Positions 42,501-57,500 of a stretch of DNA of 64,000 nucleotides are shown piece after piece. The stretch covers positions 19,613,620 to 19,677,619 of the forward strand of contig JASCQW010000156.1 in assembly GCA_030264375.1 (NCBI GenBank), read 5' to 3'. Position 1 is the stretch's first letter; each line of letters starts with the position of its first letter. Position numbers and translations under genes: made by a program. The notes under the pieces were generated by a model, which was given only the letters and a program-made list of their open reading frames with translations, had not been told where the DNA came from and ran no database searches. The stretch comes from Carcharhinus longimanus (lineage: Eukaryota).

Positions 42501-45500
42501 ACTGTTTTACCATTCTCACCCACATCCTAACAAATTCTAATGCCCCCCAGTATTTTGGTTGCTAGGTTACTGATGCAGCTGTCATGAGCTTTGGCCTTAA
42601 AAAAAAATTTGAATTTATATGGTGCTTTTTATCACTTTGGAATGTTCCAAAGTCCTGTACAACTAATTAACCACCTTTTGAAGTGCAGCTGGTGTTGTAA
42701 TGTGGGAAACATATAATATTGTCTGACTTCACAAGCATCACAAACTTAGAATCATGTGTCGTATTTGCATAACCCAAATAAAAATATCAAACTTGGAAAA
42801 GGAAGGTGCTGATCATAAAGCTCTTCTAATAATCTTAGTACATATTGATAGCAGTGGCAATCAGTTATATTAAACAGCTATGTCCTGTTTAATGTAGAAA
42901 TTATCTGGCGAGGCATCCTATTCTGAACGTTCTTAGTTCATAGTTAGACAAGGATAGCTATCGCCTGAGAAACCTTTTGCTGCAGACAGTCCTTCAATCA
43001 TTGAGCAAAAGTTCTAACCATAACTAATGCTCCTCTTTTGTGTTAAGGATTGATCCATCAAGCTACCGAACCAAGCCCCTGCTTATCTTTATGTTAGTGC
43101 CACGTTGTTGAGCTACTTAGTCTGCAGATTATTATTTCCAATTAATCTGATGCACTAGTACACAAGGCCTTACAAACAGCACTTTTATAAGTAAATAAGA
43201 CCAAAACATCGTTGTTGGAATACTGTCTTTTTATGGCAAAATGTGTAATATACACGAGCGCAAATAAATGTTTAGATGCAACAGTGAACCTGTAGACAAC
43301 TAAGAACATTTAAGATAGGTTAGGGAGATGGTGATGGAAAAGAGGATCTAGGTGGGCTTGTTGGACCAAATGGCCATTTCTGTTTTAATTTCAACACAAG
43401 TATGTATAGTAGTGCTTAAGGTTACAGAAATGTTTGTTTTCATTAACGGGTTTGCAGCAAAGGCCAACATTTGCCTTGTTGCCCTGAGAAGGTAGTGATG
43501 TAACAGGTTTGCTGTGTTTACTTCAGAGGCAGATGAGAGTGAACAATATTGGTGTGGGACTGGAGTCACATCATCTAATAGCCACGTGTTCACTCTCACT
43601 GATATTACTTTTTATATTCCATTTGATTTTTCAAACTTCAAACTGCCAAGGTGGGATTTAAATTAACTTTCTCTGTTTTCCTAGTCCTGGAACATAATCA
43701 CTCTGCTACCTGAAGCTGTTGTGATAGCAGCACCTCAAGTGCAAATAAAAAATATATTGTGCATTAACTCATCATTAGATCGTTGTTTTCATTGCATTCT
43801 GTTCTATGTATACAGCTGAACATAGTTCTTTCTCCCATTCTTTCCAGGACAGCAATGGACAGGTTGCTGGTGGTGGTGTCTCTGTTTATTATTCCCATGT
43901 TCTGCAGATGCTGTTTTTTAGTTACAGCCAGGGCAAATCCTTTGCTGCCATGTTAAGTCGCACAACACTGGAAGTACAGCGCCTGTTTCCAATCAATCTG
44001 AAAAGGTAAGTGACACCTTGGGACTGTGCCTCAGGAGATGAGGGACAGATATTTCTTTTGTCAGCTTTGAGGAACTTGCTGTATTAGTTTTACATTTTAC
44101 ATTTTCTGAATAATGTGATTATGTTAATGATTAATTAGTCAAATACTAAGTGTCCCAGCNNNNNNNNNNNNNNNNNNNNNNNNNNNNNNNNNNNNNNNNN
44201 NNNNNNNNNNNNNNNNNNNNNNNNNNNNNNNNNNNNNNNNNNNNNNNNNNNNNNNNNNNCGTTTCCTGGTATCCGTCTGCTTCCATGATTGTTGCATCAT
44301 TTTATTTAAAGTTTATTTATTAGTGTTGCAAGTAGGCTTACATTAACACTGCAATGAAGTTATTGTGAAAATCCCCTCATTGCCACACTTGGATACACTG
44401 AGGGAGAATTTAGCGTGGCCAATGCACCTAACCAGCACATCTTTTAGACTGTGGGAGGAAACTGATGCACCCCAAGGAAACCCACTCTGACACTGGGAGA
44501 ACTGCTCTGGGCCCAACTCAGTCCCGCGGTGAGGCTCCTGCTGCCCAACATTAGCGTAAGGCCTGGGCTGCCCTTGGCTAGTGACCTCTGCACTAGGCGG
44601 CTCCTCCATAGTGAGAGACCCAGAGCGGGTGGGGAGGAATAAAGCTTCCCCTGGGGAGATAGAGGGGGCAGTAACAGGGGGACGGGAGCAGGAGATTGTG
44701 AGAAATTCTCCGGGTGGTGGGAATCTGGAACTCTGTCTTAAAGGCTGCCAGAGAGGACTTGGGGTAAATGTCCATAACCCCCGCACAAGACAGCAGGACA
44801 CTATAATAGATAAGGTGGTTAAGGCAACATGATATTTGCCCTTTATTAACCAAAGCGTTGAATATAAGAGCTGGGAGGTTGTGATGGAGCTGTCTAAGAC
44901 ACTGGTTAATCCACAGCTAAAACACTGTGCAGTTCTGGTCACCACACTACAGGAAGGATGTGATTGTGCTGGAGAGGGTGCAGAGGAGATTCATCAGGAT
45001 GTTGCCTGGATGGAACAATTCTTTATGAAGAGAGACTGGTTAGTCTGAGATTGTTTTCCTTGGAGCAGAGAAGACTGAGACTGGAATGAGGTGTACAAGA
45101 TTGAGAGGCACAGGTGGGAAGTAACTTTTCCCCTTGGTAAGGGACAGAAGATTTAAAGGATATTTAAGAAAGACTTTTTCATCCAGAGGTGTTGGGACTC
45201 TGTAAATCATGACCTGAAAGATTTGATTGTGGTGGCAATGGTAAAAATCATTGTGGTATACAAGCCTATGGACCAAGTGCTGAAAATTGAATTAGAATTA
45301 TGGATAACACTGAATATGCAGACTCCACACAGGCAGTGACTCAATCCAGGAATTGAACCTGGCGATGTGAGGCAGCAGTGCTAACCACTGTGCCACTATC
45401 TTTTCAATCTGTTATTCACCAAATATGCTTCATATTTGTCTCCCTTTATTTTCCTCTCTGCAGTTCAAATGGTGGCAGTGGGAAAACTGTTCCTGCCCTA

Positions 45501-48500
45501 TGCCAGTGGTCAGAGGTGATGAACCATCCTGGCCTGGTCTGCTGTGTGCAACAGACCACTGGAATTCCACTTGTCATCATGGTCAAACCGGACACCTTCC
45601 TCATTCAGGAAATCAAAACTCTACCAGCCAAAGCCAAGGTCAGTCACCATCTCAGGGAACACAGGCTTTTGACAAACTGATGCCTGAAATATGACTTCAA
45701 CCCTTAAAGTGTTACTAATTGTAGATTTATTCTGAATCTATTTTTGGATATATTCATATAATTCTCCCATCAGCAAAATACACAAGCCTCTTATGCAATT
45801 TAGTGCAACTTATTTTCAGTTGGCTCAGTGTGACATAACAGTATCAGAACCAAGTCACCCTAAGAGAAATGTAATACCTAACCTGGGAATGAGAGACAGA
45901 ACTGCAGATATTGCTATGTGTATTAATGAATTTGGACTGTTCAGCACCAAATCCAGACACAGCACTGCTCAACGATTACAATTTGTTCAATTCCTATACT
46001 GGCTTCAGATTCAGCTTTCTCATCTGCTTTCATTGCCTTATTGACCATCGGAACTGGTGACTCAGGGGAGTGGCTGACCTGAAGATTGCAACTGCTGTTT
46101 TCACTGTTCAGACTGTAGTGAAGGAGGGATATCTCAGTCCCTCTAGAGCTGAGTAATTGAGTTGAATGTTGTCTGCTGATTTGCCTTCCCCAATCCTGTA
46201 TTCTTTGCCTAAATTGAGAAGTAACAAAATAAAGTTAAAACAACAAATACTGGAAATACACAGCTGGAAAAAGGGAAGATAATATTTCAGATGGGCCACT
46301 TCATCAATACTAACATAGGCAGATAGGAGAAACCTTTTTATATTCGCAAGGATATTTTGGCCTTGGAGGGAGTGCAGAGGAGGTTCACTAGGCTGATACC
46401 GGAGTTGAGGGGGTTGAGCTGTNNNNNNNNNNNNNNNNNNNNNNNNNNNNNNNNNNNNNNNNNNNNNNNNNNNNNNNNNNNNNNNNNNNNNNNNNNNNNN
46501 NNNNNNNNNNNNNNNNNNNNNNGGAAAGTGGAACTGAGCCACTTCAGATCAGCCATGATCTTGTTGAATGGCGGGGCAGGCTCGAAGGGCTAGATGGCCG
46601 ACTCCTCCTATTTCTTATGTTCTTATGACTGCGGGAAAGGGGAGAATCATGATTAAAGGTCACAAGTGCAGAAATGCTAAGTTGTAAAGAGGAAACTGAT
46701 AGTATAATAGCTGGAAACAGAGTTTTCTGCACCCGTTTTCAGCTCCAATGAAGGATTACCAACTGAATTGTCAATCAGTTCTTTCAGGATTTCTCTTGGT
46801 GATTCATTTTATTCGGTGAATGGTTGAGCCATACAGACCAGGGAGGTATCAGGTTTAATTACTGCTGGGCTGTTTGAGTTTACTTGGTTTATACACAAGT
46901 TTACCTGGATTAGAGAGCGTGTAATCAACCCAAATTCCTAATCCTCATCACTGTCCACTGAGTGGCCATTGCTGAATGTCAAGAAGGGACAGATCGTGAT
47001 TGTCTTAGATGCTCCTGTAATGAAGCAGATTGTTAGCATTCAGTGGGACTGGCATGTGAAAGTTAACAATTTACCAGAAGGCAGCCGGTGCCCAGGTTCA
47101 CATTTGGAGTGGAGACCTTGCATTTCTATGAAAAGGATATTATATGTACCAGTTGCCTCTTTTTGTAGTACTAGTTACGTCCATGCTTTGACCACTATTT
47201 GTGATTCTTCATTACTTTGGACAGTCCCATAAAAAGGGTTCCTCTAGTTCAATTGCAAATAATTGATGCAAAGATAGAGAAAGCAAGGCATGAATTGCTT
47301 CAGGAGAGGTGGGAAAGATATAGAGTGATCTACTTTGTATTTTTTAATTTTACCAAATTTTCAGTATTCCAGTTTTAATGTGACTTCAAGTGCAGCCAGT
47401 GTTCTGGACAGGTCGTTCAGCTGGTGGGTATATGAGCGTTGCCATAAGACAAAGAAATAAATATTGACATTCAAGCATAGTTACAGCACTCGTGGGATAT
47501 CTATGTGTTACTTTGGAATGGATTGAAGACATTCTTAGAGAGTTGCACATTTCAGGGAGTGGACTGCGGAATCTTCACTATTCCCATTGTAGAGTGGGGG
47601 GGGGGGGGGAAGGGGGTGGATCACAAATTTAGGAATTTGTAAATTGTTTTNNNNNNNNNNNNNNNNNNNNNNNNNNNNNNNNNNNNNNNCCCCCCCCCCA
47701 CGGGGGGGGATCTCAAATTTAGGAATTGTTAAATTGATTTCGAGGATCCAAGCAGGGTGATTTGTTATAAATGAAAGAAGATAAATTTGAATAATAACAT
47801 TTACATTGGAATTAATAGTCATTTCCAGCAAGCACGCTTGGAGCATTCAACAGTAGAGAAATGAGAAAGATGAAAATGGTCAGATTAGCAAGTAAACAGA
47901 AGGCATTTAAAAGAGGTTTGCTTGTTCCTAGACTATGATATTCTTGTGTGCCCATCAACACCCTCCCAACACCTCTTTGTATTTTAGATCCAGGACATGG
48001 TTGCAATTCGTCACACAGCCAGCAATGACCAGCAAAGAACAACCATGATACTCTTGTGTGAGGATGGCAGCCTGCGAATCTACATGGCAAATGTCGAGAA
48101 CACTTCCTATTGGCTACAGCCTTCACTGCAGCCCAGCAGTGTCATCAGCATCTTGAAACCAGTCCGCANNNNNNNNNNNNNNNNNNNNNNNNNNNNNNNN
48201 NNNNNNNNNNNNNNNNNNNNNNNNNNNNNNNNNNNNNNNNNNNNNNNNNNNNNNNNNNNNNNNNNNNNAGTGTCATCAGCATCTTGAAACCAGTCCGCAA
48301 GCGCAAAGCTGTAGCTGCCAGTAAGGTTCAACTTGTAGAAATACCCTGCTTAGGTGAAAGGAGAAAGTAATAGTGAGAAAATATGAGTGTAGTGTATTTC
48401 GCATGGGAAATGTATCCTGGCTAAATCGTTCAATCTGTTCTCGAGCATAAAGTGAGGGGGCTGGTCCACTCTTCAGGACCTTTTAAAGTAATTCTTAGGG

Positions 48501-51500
48501 ATTGAACTTTGCTTTTTTTGTGATGTTTTTACTGTTGAGTTACCAAGTCCAGTAATGTGTGAGAACAAAATTGATAAACATGGGTGAAAAATTGGAAATG
48601 CGCCTTTAGTTAATTATTGCGTCTGTCTACTGAAGCTATTTCCATCCCCTGTGCACTGCCGTCTTCAAATCCTCTCAGTCAGTTCTCCTTGTATCACCTG
48701 AGGCAAGTAAGGCACAAGGCATGTTAAGAATTTTTCTAATCTCATTTCAAATGGATGGTGGGGCTGGGACTTAAGCTCCCATGACATTTAGCAGCTGCTT
48801 CCTGTAATAAGTCTTTGGAGGCAGAAGTCCCTTCATCAGAATTTCTTTATTTACAATTCCAACAGCAGTACACAGAGTGCTATCCATCAGCAGTCTATCT
48901 TCGGGAATGCCAGAAGAGCTAACACTCTCAGTTAAATACAAGAAAAAAACACCCTGATCGGCCCATCAATTGACTTCTTAATCAGGGAGTTCATATTCCA
49001 ATAGGCCAACCTCAATGGCCTGACTGAAGTCATTACACTTCCTCTCCAGTCTTCTGTATTCTTGAAATTGGCTGTTATTGCATGCTATTGAGACCTTGTA
49101 ATAAAAGACAGTGTTTATTTATTAGTCACAAGTACGCTTTCATTCACACTGCAGTGAAGTTAGTGAAAATCCTCTAGTTGCTACACTCCGTTGCCTGCAA
49201 TATATTTGCAATACTTTATCCCATGATGTTTCCTCTTTACACACACACTTGCAACAGTCAGACTCCCTTTCAGATGCTAACTGTCAGAAATATACTGAAG
49301 GTCAATTAGTATCTGAAAGGGAAAGTTAGCATCACGTTTGAGGTCATCTCCTTCAACTGACGGATTCTCATTAGAACCAGACAGAATTATTTCACAAAAT
49401 ATGCATAAAAGTACTCACGACAACATTAATCCCTTACAGCTAAGAATGTAATTTGTTTTGATTCAGAGATGCATATTTAGATATTTATAAACAAATACCA
49501 AACAATCCTACAAATCAGGTATATTTTGAAATGCATTTGCATTACTGATGAATTTTTGGCATTACAATTATTGTTTCAGAATCCAACAATCTTAACAGCC
49601 TCCAGTGATCTGCAATGTGAGATAATTTTTGAACTGAATGCATTAATGTAGAGCCTATGCTTGGTAGTTTGAATTCTGAACAAAAAGTCCAAATAAAAGT
49701 GAAGTTTACTTTTTCTCAGTCGGAAACATTCATCGCATGATAGAAGGTGCTTTTAGTAGCATCCTGAATAACTGACTAACTACTGATGGGCTTCTTTTCG
49801 TACCTCTGTTCACAGCAACCCGCACATCCAGTCAGGTAACATTTCCAATTGATTTCTTTGAACACAACCAGCAACTGACTGATGTTGAGTTTGGGGGAAA
49901 CGATTTGCTCCAAGTGTACAACATGCAACAAATTAAACATCGACTGAACTCCACGGGCATGTATGTTGCCAGCACCAAGGTATGAGTCCATCAGCCAGCA
50001 AAAGCACCAACTCTTTTCAAAATATATTTTGCTCATTTTTGATCTGTTGCCAACTACTTGGCAAACCTCATCCACCCTTCCAATATTTCCATATTGCAGG
50101 AAGCATGAAAAGTGTAGACAGTGAATACTAGAAGGCACAGCACTTTAGTGACCAGTTGGTTCATCAGGTCTACAAAAGGGCTAATTAGTTTCACTCTCCT
50201 TTTCAAGTATATAACCAGTTCCCTATTGAAAGTTGCCATTAAATTTGGGTCGTGCTCCAGAACGTCATAACCAGCTGCGTAAAACAAAACAAAAATCTCC
50301 TCATTTTGCCTGTGGCAATTTGACAATAGTATTAAATCTGTATTGTCTGGTTCCTTGCTCTTCTGCCAGTGGAAATAATTTCTTGATACATTCTTTGAAT
50401 TTTCTTTTGGCAATGTTTGGATTGCTTGGTAAGGGAGAGAATTTGTGTGATTATCAACTACCAACGGAATGTAATGTGCAGATGCAGGCAGGTTTACTGA
50501 GGTTTGTAACATGTTGCGTATATTTGATGATAAATTGAAATGTTAATTTTACCAAGTATAATTGCATCTGCAATTTTATTGCAATTTTGGACCTCTTTTC
50601 TAAAGGACATTGTTCTCTGAGCCCATATCAGTTCAAAGATGGGAAATCTGAGACTTAACATCTTTTTCTTTAAAGTTTTATTTATTAGTTACAAGTAGTC
50701 TTACATTAACACTGAAATGAAGTTACTGTGAAAATCCCCTAGCCGCCACACTCCGGTACCTGTCCGGCCACACTGAAGGAGAATTTAGCATGGTCAAATC
50801 ACTCACCTAACCTGTACATCTTTGGACTGTGGTAGAAAACCAGACCACCTGGAGGAAACCCATGCAGACACAGGGAGAATGTGCAAATTCCACAAAGGCA
50901 GTGATCCAAGCTGGGAATTGAATGCAGGTCCCTGGCGCTGTGAGACAGCAATGCTAACCACTGTGCCGCCAATCTATGTTTCTTGTAGAAGGTAGAAAGG
51001 GGACCCCATACAGATTTTTAAAATGCTAATTAAAATTTAAGGCAATGTAGATTGAATTAAGTTAGCTCCCAAAGCACAAGAACACAAGATTTGGAAATCT
51101 TAACCAGTATGGTCTTATCAAGACTGATGATTGGGAAATACCAAATGCCAAATTCACATTCTGGACATTTCACTGATTGCTATCAGTGATGTGAGGGGAT
51201 GATGTTTAAGGTTTCTTGCTATGTAACTGGAGCTACTATTCACTTAGCAACTTGGATTGGACATGTTGCAGTTGGTAATCTGAGAATAATAATTGTAGTT
51301 GACATGTATTGCTAGACATCTGTGTCCTTGCTATGTTGCTTGCTGCAACCACTTTTTTGTAAAAATCTTAAAGTGCAACAGAAATACTGGGTTCTAATAA
51401 ACATGGTGTCAACGGCAGCAGTTGTTGAGGATGTGATGAGATGAACTAAGTTTATCACAATATGCTTACTTATTGCAGCAGTTTCAATAGCTGAGTATCC

Positions 51501-54500
51501 AGAAAACTAAAGGTATCCAGAAAACTAAAGGCTACCTTCTTTTCATATAAGCATTTATGCACCTATCATTTTGGCTCAGTCCATCTACTCAACTGCCACC
51601 TCAGGCAAAGTCTAGAGGGACCAAACATACATATACTAGTCTGAAATTTCCTTCTGTCAACTGACTTGAGTTGCTGAGCTTTTTAATCACTTCTCTCACA
51701 TTTTTTGGTTGTTTCCTTGTCTCTTCTCCATGCCTTATCATCTCAGTTGACTCACATGGCCTCCACAGTACATGTCTTCCAGAAGGATCTGTGCTTTGTA
51801 TTCTTGCAAAACTCTACTGGCTCATCACTCTGCAAATTAATTTTAAAAATCCTTATCCTTGGTGATTTTTCGCCAAATATTTGTGCAAACAATTCACGAC
51901 TCCATTCTCGGTTTATTCCTTGTTCCACAGCCCCTGCACCTCACCATTATGGATATCTTTCACTCATTGTACCTCAAACTTGTCTAAACATTGCCTTCCT
52001 ATTTTCAAAAGCTTCCTAAAAACTTTTCTCCTTGTTTTTCCAATGTCTGCAGTGAAGTGGACCAGGTTCCAATGTAGAGTAGCATATAACAGTAATAAGA
52101 TTCTCATTTAGTTTATTGCTGTCATTTTAAATGTGTTCGCTGTGGGTTGGTATAAGAAGAATGGTTAATCCTCGGCTTGCATATCTTTCCCATTAGATGT
52201 CAATCTGTAACAGTGGACCAGAGGAAATTTAATAATTGGGCAATAGTCAGTAGATTTGCACTTGATTTGATCTGCTTTGGTTGATATTCAAATTCTCTAC
52301 TTGGTTCTTTACAGCCAGGTGGATTTACAGTGGAAGGTGTCAACAACAATGCCACCATGGTAATGACAGGGATGCGGATCCAGGTTGGGACACAGGCCAT
52401 TGAGAGAGCCCCATCATACATTGAGATTTTTGGCCGCACAATGCAACTGAACTTGACAAGAGCTCGTTGGTTTGATTACCCATTTACCCGTGAAGAAGCA
52501 TTACAGGCTGATAAGAAACTAACTATTTTTGGTAAGTGTGAACTAGCCAGGAGAAATGCATGCAATCCCAAATTTATAGAACATGTTATCCTGTAGGAGA
52601 ATCATAGCAATTTTTTTGCACTGACCAATCATGACCCTGTTGAGACAGGCCAGGGTTATGTATTTCTGTATTAATGTCCTGTAACTGTTACATAATTGTT
52701 TAGCTCTCTGTCCCAGTTTTCTGAACTCAGCCTAGGAGTATGCAAGAAGTGTTAGGTATTTCTGCTCTTTGGGAATAAGTACATTGCTGTTCTCCCAGTC
52801 TAGACCTCTGGCAGAGATTTAGGACCAAACCACCTTTATTTCTTATGTGCTGGTGCATCTCTTTTGTTCTATTCAAGATCCCAATGTTATGTTTTCTCTT
52901 TTTTTCCCCTGGTCCTTGCAGTTGGTGCTTCAGTTGATCCAGCTGGGGTCACAATGGTAGATTCAATAAAAATCTATGGGAAAACCAAGGAGCAGTTTGG
53001 TTGGCCCGATGAACCTCCAGAGGATTTCCCATCGGCCTCGGTAAATAACGTCGCTGTTCCAAGTGTCAGCCAGAGTAACAGCACAGGAGAGGTGGACTCA
53101 GCCACTCCAACTTCCACCAGCGGCTCTGTTCTTGAGAGGTAAGCACAAGCTGGAACTGCTTGAAGTTATGTGAACTGCTTACTAACTTCCAGCTCTTCAG
53201 TTGGTGAGGAACAAATGAAGAATGAAGTGCATAAAATTGACAGCATTGTAAATTAGATTCCATTGAATAATAAATGTCAAAATACACTTTGCCCCAAGCT
53301 TTTGACTCCTAATGGAGAAAAATTGACAAGAATGATGATACAAAACAATTGTTTACATGAGAAATGATCCTTTGTCCCTCTTGCAACATTTGTTCTGTAA
53401 CCAAAATCTGGGCGTTTTGGAGTTTCTTCTTGCTGAACCATGTGTGGCTGTTGTGTGAAAAGCTTTTCATTACAGCATGATCTCAGATTGTGTCCTGAGC
53501 TTGCCGTTTCTGCACAGGTGGATTCGTATGTTTCTCATGTTCCAAAATACAGTTGAATTGGGAAGTATTTAGATGTATAAAGATAACCATTTCTTCCTAC
53601 TCCTTTCATTTTTTTCCTCTGTTGTGTTTACAACCCTGGGCATGTCTGTCCTAATCTCTGCCATGAATGCTGTTTTTGAATTCCCTGTATCCATTCTTAT
53701 GTATATATTGTGGCTATTATTCCAGATCAGAGCCCTTTTTTGTTTTGCACCATTCTCTCTATTTTTCTCTTTACCCCTTTCAGACTTGTCTATCCTGTTT
53801 TCTTCTCCATCCTGTCATGTCACTTTATATTTGCTCTCCTAATTGATAACTTTCTCTGCTTCCCTACTCTTTTGCCTCTGCTGCAGACTTGAATGTCTTG
53901 AATAAACATTCAGCTACTCCCTATGCCTCTCTTGGCATCCTCAGAAGGGCCATTGCAGACTTTGTGCAGGCAGCAATCCCAGCTGCCTCATACTCTTAGA
54001 ACAAAGATAATTACAGCACAGGAACAGACCCTTCAGCCTTCCAAGCCTGCACCAACCATGCTGCCGAACTCAGCTTGCAACCTACTCACCCAATATGTTG
54101 GTTGGGTACTAACTTCACCCACCCCTCTGTTCTGCTTGCCTATCCAGCACAGCCCCTTGAATTCTGTTAACACATCAACAATTACCAAAAGCCATCCCTT
54201 ACTTTGAATGTTTGCATTTGATATTATACTTTTGAAATCTATTTCTACATCCAAGCTACATTCTGCACCCTCTCATTTCCTTCTCTATATATAGTATGCT
54301 TTATCTGTACAGCACGCAAGAAACTATACTTTTCACTGTATACTAATACATGTGACAATAATAAATCAAATCAAAAATTTGGTTTAGTATTGACATCATC
54401 TTGCCTTTCACCAAAGCTGCTGTGGCTGACTATACTTTTCATCATCTCTGCTATCAGCAATTTAGCCCTTGTTACCAAGCCATGATCTACTATTTTTAAT

Positions 54501-57500
54501 CCCTCAGAACTTTTATTTGGTAACTCCTCTCAACTCTCTCTTGCGCCACATCCCCACTGAGCCCCACACCAAATTTCTCCACAAAGTATTCTCCCTTTCT
54601 TAGCCCCTGAGCATTTCCAAATCCTCTGTGATTTTAAATTTTCATCTCAACATCTTTTTTTCCTCTGTATTGTGTCCACTGCTTTCCACATAAGCTTTTC
54701 TCCTCCTGTTTATACTCACTTAACCTTGTGGCCTCTTCACTTGATCACTTATAAGAATACGGTCAGAAATGTTCTCGTATTCTTCACCTTACTCCCTTTC
54801 AATCCTCAGTACCTTCTGCACCTGCTTCTGTAAAATAAACTACCCAAAATTACCGATGCACTTACAAAGTCCCAGTTGCCTAGACTTAGGATTTCCGTTT
54901 GCCGTAATATTTCTGCAGCTGTCAATTTGCTCAGCCATTCCCTCAACTCTATCTTCTGATGCCCTTGTGCCCAGAAAGCTGCCTCATCCTGGTCCATCCT
55001 CTGGTATGGTCCCATCTTGGCTCCCAAGAGCCGAATTTGTGCATATCTGGTGGCTAACTGCATTAGCAATTCATCCATCGAGCTAGACCACATCATGTGC
55101 AATTAGGTCTCTTTCATCTTCACCAAAACTGCTTATAATTCCTGGATCATCTTGGACAGCAAAGACAATTAATGCTTATTTTCTACATGATCATACATCT
55201 GTTTAAGTTCCTGGCATGTATTCCTTTTACTCTCTCCTTCTTCACTGTCATCTCCCATTAACTATCCTTCCTCTCTAGCCTTGAATCAGCATCTCTCCTT
55301 AGTCTCTCTCCTTTCTCCCCTCTCCAAACTCATCTTGTGCATGGGACCTAGTTCCTTGATCTCATCATAGTAAACTGCTAATTAGCCAACTTTTCTTCCT
55401 GCTTCCAGTGTTAGCTACCATTGTAATTGGTTCCTTTTCTGCTGGTATTGTTCCCTTCAAAACTGTCAACCCCTACAAGGCAGCCACTCTCAACTTCTTT
55501 GACTTTGCAAGCTACTGCTCCATTTTCAGCCTCCCTTTTGATTCCTTAAATGTTCTGTTGCCTCTCAAATCCGTGCCAGACTTTCCACACTCGAATCTCT
55601 CAACTCTGCAGTCCACAGCAACAAAACAGACCAAATCAAATTGACAAATAATTCCTGTGACTGTCTATTTCACGTTCTTGATCTGCCTGCAGTCATTGAC
55701 ATTGCTGACAACAGCAGTCTCCTTGAATGCCTCTCGACCCATGTCATTTTAGTGTCCTCTGTTCACCTCCCCGACTTAGCTTCATTTATGACTAGCTTAA
55801 CATTGCCAAAAGGTCTCCTACAAAGGTTGCTCTTTGCATTTTCTCAGTGTTTGCTCCAGTGTCCTCCAAGGAATGATCATTGATTTTATCTACATGTTAC
55901 CCCATCATTATATTATCCAACTGTATTAATGCTAACAATAGCCACCTCTATGTTTCTCAACTTCTTCACTGTTTTTCTGTTATTGGACTGCTTGTCCAAA
56001 ACCCAGACAGCTACAGTTTCCTTCAACAAGACATGGTAACCCAAAACCATGTCGGTGGCAACACCACAAATTCCATATCCTTATCATTGATTCCATCCTC
56101 CCTCCCCCANNNNNNNNTATCTCTGGTTGGACTGTTTGCAGTTGTGACATCCTATTTAACCCTGAGCTGATCATTTGATCCTCATCCAAAAAACCACCTC
56201 TGCAATGTGCTTCCATCCACACCTAGCTCAAACCCTGTTACTCAAATCCTTATCCATTTCTTTGAACTATTGCTGTTTGCTCTTGACTAGCCTCCTACTC
56301 TCTACCCTCTGTAAATTTACTCTGCACCAAGACTGCTCACCAATCTCTTCTGGGCCCACTGATCTAAGCTGGCCAATGCCTCAAAATTTTCAGCCACAAG
56401 TTTAAATCCCTGCAAGACTTTTACCTGTAATCTACTATAAACCTTCCCTTCGCATCACTGCCCCTTCAACCCCAAAATCTGCTTTGACCTGGGCCTCATG
56501 CATCTAACCGTCACCCTCACTTTGGCTCACTTTGACAGTTGTGCTTTCAGGCACGTAGACCTAATGCCATGGAACTCCATCCCTAAACTCTTTCATCTCT
56601 CCCCCTGTTACAATCATTCCAGAAAATCCCTCTTTTTCGTTTCACGTTATCTCATCTTTTGGAATAGAGGTTAAATTGGTGGCATAGTGGGAATATCACT
56701 AAACAAGTCATCCAGAGGTCCAGATGAATGTTCTGGGGAAAATGGGTTCAAATTCCACCACGACAGCTGGTGGAATTTAAAAATCAATTAATAAAATCTG
56801 AAATTGAAAGCCAGTTTCAGTAATGACCATGAAACTTGATAGCTGTAAAAATCCATCTGGTTCACTAATGTCCTTTAGGGAAGGAGAGCTTCCATCCTTA
56901 CCTGGTCTGGCTTACACGTGTCTCCAGGTCTACAGTAATGTGCTTGTCTCTTAAATGCCCTCTGGAATGGCCTATTAAACCACTCAGTTGAAGGACTGGC
57001 ATATATCTCATGAAAGAATAGGGAGAAAAAAATGACTGATTCTAGCTCTGCCCAGCACTGTGGGTTTTTTATGTTTAAGGCACCATAGAAAGGCACTTTG
57101 TTGAATCAAGGAAAAAGATTGAGTAAACTTAAGGATAAGAGGATCTCTTACTTAAGACCCTATGAGGTGTGTAAAATTATGCTTTTTTTTATGTTGAACT
57201 GATGGACTTTATGGTCTTGCTCAAAGCATTGATAGCTTAACATCAATTCCAGATGTTTAAAGAAAACTGATCAATTTAAAATGGCAAGTTTTGAATTACA
57301 AATAGTGTGTTTACACTTGGAGAACAGATACAAGGAATTGGGGTTTAAGGAAAACCAGATCTTTAAATGTTGAGACAAGAGTGGAGGAAGGGAAAGTGAG
57401 GGTAATCTGACAGCTCAAGTTGTCAGTGGCAAGCACTCAGAACAAATGGATATGTTTCCTGAGTATTTTCAGCCTGTCAGGTATTGCTGTCAGTGGTTTT

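Noticed and set aside
44343-44945. 200-aa minus-strand ORF
   Set aside because: It spans an antisense CR1 fragment and a SINE, and resembles no protein.
48138-48299. Apparent internal duplication in a UBR4 exon
   Set aside because: An exact 31-bp repeat on both sides of a 100-N gap indicates an unmerged contig overlap.
51429-51500. Possible box C/D snoRNA (GTGATGA...CTGA with GGAT/ATCC)
   Set aside because: The terminal stem is out of register for a k-turn and there is no recognisable rRNA-antisense guide. The adjacent 18-bp tandem duplication (51495-51530) suggests neutral sequence.
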